Below, piece after piece: positions 58,942 through 64,000 of a stretch of 64,000 nucleotides of DNA. The stretch spans positions 81,709 to 145,708 of the forward strand of contig CABYTF010000003.1 of the NCBI GenBank assembly GCA_902521725.1, read 5' to 3'. How positions within the stretch are numbered: position 1 is the first letter of the stretch; each line of letters opens with the position of its first letter. Under the pieces are notes generated by a model. It ran no database searches, had not been told where the DNA came from, and saw only the letters and a program-made list of their open reading frames with translations. This DNA is from an uncultured Gammaproteobacteria bacterium. Its GTDB lineage: Bacteria > Pseudomonadota > Gammaproteobacteria > GCA-002705445 > GCA-002716945. A program made the translations under genes and the position numbers.

Positions 58942-59136
58942 ATGGAAGTCATTGCTTTCCTGATTGGAGTTATCATCCTAGTCGTATACATGGGGATATG
59001 GTATGCGATTGGTTGTGAGCTTAATGCCAGATATGGTGAGAAGATTGCGGTCTTTTTTTCCGCGTTGGGAATTATTGTTTTCTTTCCATTACCTATGAGT
59101 ATTTTTACCCAAGTCGCCAGCATTCTGGGTGTCTGA
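58942..59136 (+). CDS. Small 2-TM hypothetical protein
   Basis: ORF track; co-directional with neighbours. Confidence 0.55.
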   Translation: MEVIAFLIGVIILVVYMGIWYAIGCELNARYGEKIAVFFSALGIIVFFPLPMSIFTQVASILGV

Positions 59137-59267
59137 GTACAATAGCAGATAGTTCATTTGAAAAACCTGTTCTTCATTCATAACCTTGGGTGAATCTATC
59201 TTAACTTTTATGAATATTTAGGGTTAAGATAAGGACTATGAAATATACTTAATGAGAGAGTAATAAT

Positions 59268-59630
59268 ATGAATTTAATAAAAGTTATAGAAAAAGGATTG
59301 CTTGGTGTGATTGCCTTACTAACGATTGTTGCAACCATCCAAGAGATAATGTCAATATACACAATTGGTAGAGTAAACTTGCCAGATTTGTTGTTACTGT
59401 TTATATACACAGAGGTTTTAGGCATGATTGGTGTATTCTATGTAAGTAACAAAATACCTATAACATTACCCTTGTTCATTGCCATGACGGCACTATCAAG
59501 ATTGATAATATTACAGGGTAAAGACATGGAACCAAGTACATTAATTTACGAAGCGGGTGCAATATTACTGATTGCAATTGCTTGTCTGATCATTAGATAT
59601 AGACCACCCAATCAGAGTAAAGAATTATGA
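59268..59630 (+). CDS. psiE: Phosphate-starvation-inducible PsiE family membrane protein
   Basis: DLLLLFIYTEV..M, P..LP.FIAMTAL.RLIIL. Confidence 0.85.
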   Translation: MNLIKVIEKGLLGVIALLTIVATIQEIMSIYTIGRVNLPDLLLLFIYTEVLGMIGVFYVSNKIPITLPLFIAMTALSRLIILQGKDMEPSTLIYEAGAILLIAIACLIIRYRPPNQSKEL

Positions 59631-59798
59631 GTGTAACAATATGTAAATTTCATGAGCATTGATTATTTTAAAAAGATTGCATTTGTTATATGCCTTGCTC
59701 AATTAATAATATCTACTTGTTATTGGTTCATACAGTGGTATCTCTAATTGACTCGCAAATCGCGCACAAACATTGACTAATTTGTACACATGTCTCAT

Positions 59799-59912
59799 TT
59801 ATTTACGCGTTTCTCGACTTATTTTTAAGATCTTCTTCTCTCTCGATTTGCATTTCTTTGTGCAGTTTTTCTTCTTACACTTCTTAGAACAATAAATCTT
59901 TAATTTTGACAT
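59799..59912 (-). CDS. 37-aa highly basic Cys-rich micro-protein (not in ORF track)
   Basis: MSKLKIYCSKKCKKKNCTKKCKSREKKILKISRETRK; CATAAT 6 nt upstream of ATG. Confidence 0.4.
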   Translation of the reverse strand: MSKLKIYCSKKCKKKNCTKKCKSREKKILKISRETRK

Positions 59913-60060
59913 TGCATTATTATGCACCAGATAACTAAATAATAAAAAAATAAAAAATAAAAGGTTTTTAAAGATAGCAATCTTTTACTCTTAATACCCT
60001 CATAAAAAATGTTTAATTTATTGGCAATATTTTTTTCATAATTATCATCTAGAATAAGAT

Positions 60061-60142
60061 AACTTTTCCTCCAGAAAGGTGCTTTAGGGGCTAATCGACA
60101 GACACCTCTCCCTGCGATTAGCCTCTTTACTAGTCAGCACTT
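60061..60142 (+). ncRNA. Candidate structured RNA with two pyrimidine-rich (anti-SD-like) hairpin loops
   Basis: GC-richer island in AT-rich intergenic DNA; TAGAAT at 60050; stems 60062-68/60074-80 and 60086-97/60115-26. Confidence 0.5.
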
Positions 60143-60181
60143 ACAGTTGCGTATATAGTTTGATCATACAGGAGAATAACT

Positions 60182-60403
60182 ATGAGTTTAACACTACTAA
60201 AATGGGGGAGCACATTTCTGGTCTTAACAGGGATACTCGTTGCTCAATTTAATGTATATCCTCTATATATCTTTATACATTCAATTGGCGCATTAGGTTG
60301 GATGATATCTGGATATTTGATGAATGATAAAGCTGTAATGACTAACTTTGGACTACAGCTACCTATATTTGGAATTGGTTATATGAATTATTTTTTGATC
60401 TAA
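60182..60403 (+). CDS. Small 3-TM membrane protein (DUF6552-like)
   Basis: KW.ST, N.YP, G..GW...G...NDKA...N pattern; SD CAGGAG. Confidence 0.65.
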   Translation: MSLTLLKWGSTFLVLTGILVAQFNVYPLYIFIHSIGALGWMISGYLMNDKAVMTNFGLQLPIFGIGYMNYFLI

Positions 60404-60530
60404 TAACACGTAATTTTATCTGAGGATATATGATCCAATACTACTAATGAGATGCAGTCACTAGTCTAAAGACGATGGGGATATAATAGGCTGGAGTTAT
60501 TTAATAAAATCACAATATAATTCAGTTATA

Positions 60531-61556
60531 TTGAATAGTGTGTTTAGGATAATATTTTTATTTTTATTTCTTGGGTTAATAACTGTGGTGGCCTCATTGA
60601 ACCCATACCATGCTTGTTATCATAAGGATAGTACAACAATTACACATAAATCTGATGTTTTTACCGCATGTGTAACATCATCAAACACATTTGATTATAA
60701 TTATGATAATTCACAGCATCATTTGAGTGTACCCGTGCATTTTTATTTTCCAAAATCATCGAATAAGGTACCCATAATTATTATTTCGCATGGAGCAGGT
60801 GGTATTTTTCAGTTCCATCATAATTATAAAGATATTTTTTTATCAAACGGTTTTGCTGTTGCGATAATAGATCATTTTAGCCCAAGGAATATTGCAATTG
60901 ATTTTAATTTTGTTGATGTCTCAGAGGCAATGATGTTGTCTGATGTATCTGGAACTTTAAAACATCTTATCAACTACTATAGCCATAGAATTAATGGGCA
61001 AATTGGTTATATTGGTTGGTCAAAGGGTGGAATCTCTTCACTTTCACTAAGAAGCAAAAAAATATACGATAAATATATCCCAACGAACATCAAATTATCA
61101 TTTCTGGGAGGCATATATACATACTGTGGTGTCTCATTCGAAGATTATCAATCTTCAAACACTCCTTTATTATTAATTAGTGGAGAAATGGATGGGATAA
61201 CCCCTTCAAAGTATTGCGAAAATTTATATGAAGACTACAGAGATGATGAGGAGATTGAGTATCATCAGTTAGAGAATGCTCACCACGGATTTGATAATCA
61301 TGCTTTTTTACTGGGTGCATACCTACCATGGCAACCCACGCTAATTAAATCTGAGACATGCACAATCAAAATTAATGATTCACTGATGACAGTGAATGAA
61401 GCCGGAACCTATTCCTTGAATGACCAGCAATCTAGAGGGGAATTTGTAGAAGTTTGTACAAAAAAAGGAGCTTTTGTAAAGTATGATACTTCTTCTAAGA
61501 ATAAATCACAGAAGATTGTTTCAGAGTTCGTCAAGTCTAAATTCAAGTTTAATTAA
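60531..61556 (+). CDS. Exported dienelactone-hydrolase-family alpha/beta hydrolase
   Basis: HGAGG, GWSKGG nucleophile elbow, GEMD..TP, AHHGFD. Confidence 0.8.
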   Translation: MNSVFRIIFLFLFLGLITVVASLNPYHACYHKDSTTITHKSDVFTACVTSSNTFDYNYDNSQHHLSVPVHFYFPKSSNKVPIIIISHGAGGIFQFHHNYKDIFLSNGFAVAIIDHFSPRNIAIDFNFVDVSEAMMLSDVSGTLKHLINYYSHRINGQIGYIGWSKGGISSLSLRSKKIYDKYIPTNIKLSFLGGIYTYCGVSFEDYQSSNTPLLLISGEMDGITPSKYCENLYEDYRDDEEIEYHQLENAHHGFDNHAFLLGAYLPWQPTLIKSETCTIKINDSLMTVNEAGTYSLNDQQSRGEFVEVCTKKGAFVKYDTSSKNKSQKIVSEFVKSKFKFN

Positions 61557-61612
61557 TAAAATTTTCAAAAACCTTTAACTTTATTACCATCATTGGTAAA
61601 TATTATTATTTA

Positions 61613-62395
61613 GTGCAAGAGCATGACTATAGATCGATTTTTATTTCCGATATACATCTCGGGACGAAAGGATGTCAAGCTGACGTCCTACTTAGTTTCC
61701 TGAAAAGATACTCTTCATTGAATCTATATTTGATAGGCGACATCGTTGATGGATGGCAGGTAAATAATGGATTTTATTGGCCACAAGAGCATACAAATGT
61801 CATTAGGAGATTTTTAACATCTGCAAAAAGAGGAACTAAAGTAAGATATATTCTTGGCAATCACGACGAGGCTCTCAGAAAGTATTTAACATATGATATC
61901 ACTTTTGGAGACATATCTATTCTTGATGAATGCACTCACTATGGTACTGATATGAAAAAATATCTCATAACACACGGGGATCATTATGATAAAACTATGG
62001 AGTACCCATGGCTCAGTTACTTCGGAGACCGAGCATACAACTATGCCGTGTGGTTAAGTAGGCAACTCAATAAAGTGAGACGATTACTGAGATTACCTTA
62101 CTGGAGTTTCTCAGGAATGTTAAAACAAAAAGCAAAAGGTTATCTTGATTATCTCTACCAATTTGAATCACAGATTGCAAAACATGCTCAAATAAGAAAC
62201 TTTGATGGTGTTATTTGTGGTCATACGCATACAGCAAAAATTGTTGAGATTAATGACATAATTTACATGAACGATGGTGATTGGGTCGACAGCTGTACAG
62301 CTTTAGTGGAACACCATAATGGACAATTTGAGATCATCAATTGGAGGGATAAAAGTAAACAGCTTGACCTTGGTTTAGAGGAATTTTACCAGTAA
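61613..62395 (+). CDS. PlcP-like metallophosphoesterase (LpxH/YbbF family; phospholipase C)
   Basis: FISDIHLG..GC.A, GDIVDGW, WPQEH, GNHDE, HGD, CGHTH, YMNDGDWV.SCTALVE. Confidence 0.8.
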   Translation: MQEHDYRSIFISDIHLGTKGCQADVLLSFLKRYSSLNLYLIGDIVDGWQVNNGFYWPQEHTNVIRRFLTSAKRGTKVRYILGNHDEALRKYLTYDITFGDISILDECTHYGTDMKKYLITHGDHYDKTMEYPWLSYFGDRAYNYAVWLSRQLNKVRRLLRLPYWSFSGMLKQKAKGYLDYLYQFESQIAKHAQIRNFDGVICGHTHTAKIVEINDIIYMNDGDWVDSCTALVEHHNGQFEIINWRDKSKQLDLGLEEFYQ

Positions 62396-62473
62396 TAAAT
62401 ACTTAATAAAATTGTAGATAAAATAAAACTAAACGTTTTTATTATTTTAATAATTTTTAATTACATTGCGAAT

Positions 62474-63328
62474 GTGATTAATTTAATTACTCAAAAGAGC
62501 AGAGATCTCACAAATCATCTATTTGATCATAGTAAATCATACCCTAAATTTTCGTTCAAAGAAGCTGAGACTATAAAAGAAACAAATCAAGCTCAGAATT
62601 TGAGATACAAGATTTTTAAAAATGAGCTGCATGTTACGACAAAATTAAAGGGGAAACTGATTAAGAGAGAGTTTGATCAGTATGATGAAAAAGCTTCTCA
62701 TATAATCGTTAAATCTAAATCTACACCACTGAGTCGTGAGAAGGTGGTTGGTGTGTATCGAGTAATAAAATATTCATCCTCCTCTCAGTTAGATAACTGC
62801 TATACGGTAAAGAGCATGTGCTTTAACCTAGATCTTTTTAAAAAAAATATTGGATATAGTAACTTTCTAGAACTGGGTCGCACTTGCATACTCCCAGAGT
62901 ATAGAAAATCTGGAGTTCTCAAGCTTCTTTGGAAAGGATTATATAATTATATTATGCAAGAGAAAATAGATGTCCTACTGGGATGTGCAAGTTTCTGGAC
63001 AATTGAGCCCGATGAAATAGTCCCGCAACTCAGTTACCTCAAACAAAACCATCTTATGGATGAAAAAATTTTAGTAACACCAAGGGAGAGTATATCTCCA
63101 TCTGTTGACAAGTTATCAAAATGTAAAATGTATGATAGCTTTGATCTTCATGGCACCGAAAAATCAGTATTCAAATCACTTCCAAGTTTAATTAAAGCAT
63201 ATATAAATGTTGGGTCTAAGTTTGGAGATGGTGCTGTGATTGATTATGAGTTTAGATCTATTGATGTTTTTACCTATGTCGATATCCATAGTATCGATGA
63301 TAGAGTTAAAAGATTTTATGCAAAATAA
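62474..63328 (+). CDS. olsB: OlsB-like GNAT N-acyltransferase (ornithine/amino-lipid synthesis)
   Basis: AQNLRY.IF..E, D.YD...HI, VGVYR, LELGRTC....YR, LWKGL..Y, GCAS, P.LIK.Y...G. Confidence 0.75.
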   Translation: MINLITQKSRDLTNHLFDHSKSYPKFSFKEAETIKETNQAQNLRYKIFKNELHVTTKLKGKLIKREFDQYDEKASHIIVKSKSTPLSREKVVGVYRVIKYSSSSQLDNCYTVKSMCFNLDLFKKNIGYSNFLELGRTCILPEYRKSGVLKLLWKGLYNYIMQEKIDVLLGCASFWTIEPDEIVPQLSYLKQNHLMDEKILVTPRESISPSVDKLSKCKMYDSFDLHGTEKSVFKSLPSLIKAYINVGSKFGDGAVIDYEFRSIDVFTYVDIHSIDDRVKRFYAK

Positions 63329-64000
63329 CACTCGTAATAGAATATCAATAGCAGCCTTTGAGAAAAATATTATAAAAAGAAACATACTAGTTTTTTTAGA
63401 AAAATTGTTAGGTATCACGGTGATTGATAAGTTATATGGAGAATCAATAGCCAAAAATACAAACGATAACTTTTGGTCGTCAGCAATAAAAGTACTGAAT
63501 ATAGATCTGGAAATTAATTATCAAAATGATGCTGAAGTACCTCGTCAAGGTCCATTGATAGTGGTTTGCAATCATCCTTTTGGAATTATAGACGGAATTT
63601 TGATAGGAAAAATCATTTCCTTTTATAGAGATGACTATATGTTTCTTGCTAATTCAGCTCTTCAGAAAATTCCAGAGATAAAAGATAGAATTATTCCTGT
63701 CGATCTTAGTACTCTCGAGAAAAAAAATTCTAAGGCCAGTTCGTTATCATCAATGAGAAAAGTACATTCTCATTTAAATGAAGGTGGTGTACTCATAATT
63801 TTTCCAGGAGGAGAAGTCTCAAGCGCCCAAAGAATATGGGATACACCAGTCGATCCAGTATGGAGCCCTCTGCCTGTGAAGTTGTCAAGAACTTTTAATT
63901 GCGGAATACTTCCCATTTTTATACACGGTAGCTCTAGCCTATTATTCCAATTTGTAACAAAGATATCATTTTCTCTAAGAAAATATTTTTTGTTTAGAGA
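63318..64000 (+). CDS. PlsC-family lysolipid acyltransferase (runs off the window; not in ORF track)
   Basis: Hand translation from ATG 63318: ..VPRQGPLIVVCNHPFGIIDG..IFPGGEVS..; overlaps the olsB-like stop. Confidence 0.85.
   Translation, partial: MQNNTRNRISIAAFEKNIIKRNILVFLEKLLGITVIDKLYGESIAKNTNDNFWSSAIKVLNIDLEINYQNDAEVPRQGPLIVVCNHPFGIIDGILIGKIISFYRDDYMFLANSALQKIPEIKDRIIPVDLSTLEKKNSKASSLSSMRKVHSHLNEGGVLIIFPGGEVSSAQRIWDTPVDPVWSPLPVKLSRTFNCGILPIFIHGSSSLLFQFVTKISFSLRKYFLFR

Noticed and set aside
61560..61612. Possible Pho box (TTTCA-N6-TTTAA) upstream of the plcP-like gene
   Set aside because: Too degenerate to distinguish from AT-rich background without a PWM.
1202..63454. Remaining short ORF-track entries nested in or antisense to assigned genes (e.g. 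1202-1432, 3395-3697, 20204-20566, 26976-27350, 51160-51435, 63188-63454)
   Set aside because: They overlap well-supported genes, have no motifs, and are expected by chance.
52224..64000. Accessory region as a prophage or integrative element
   Set aside because: No integrase, transposase, phage structural gene, tRNA or att-like direct repeat seen in the window.

Overview
AT-rich (roughly 30% GC by eye), very densely packed chromosomal segment of what looks like a streamlined marine Gammaproteobacterium (hda, bamC, ccm system I, folE2, SoxK-like gene). 1-52 kb is mostly housekeeping: gltX, tldD/E, LPS core, pur, pan, the rpsP-rimM-trmD-rplS operon, dxs, queD/folE2, dapA, proS, argG, Moco genes and ccmDEFGHI. 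It also holds two orphan biosynthetic clusters: arsS plus two glycosyltransferases, and a PTPS-IV/RibD/GT/MT/flippase/CDP-alcohol transferase cluster. 52-64 kb is an accessory region for metal and phosphate stress with many micro-ORFs. The top candidate system is a leaderless His/Cys-rich uORF ending in the ribosome-arrest motif RAPP. Its last codons form a hairpin that hides the Shine-Dalgarno of a ZnuD-like TonB receptor, suggesting metal-sensing translational attenuation. Also seen: a CsoR-type metal operon with a perfect operator over its start codon, a two-hairpin anti-SD-loop RNA, a TrhO/O-methyltransferase pair, a PlcP-OlsB-acyltransferase lipid-remodelling locus, and recurrent leaderless promoters. 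I recognised no rRNA, tRNA, CRISPR array or mobile element. All calls come from motif recognition by eye; no database searches were run.
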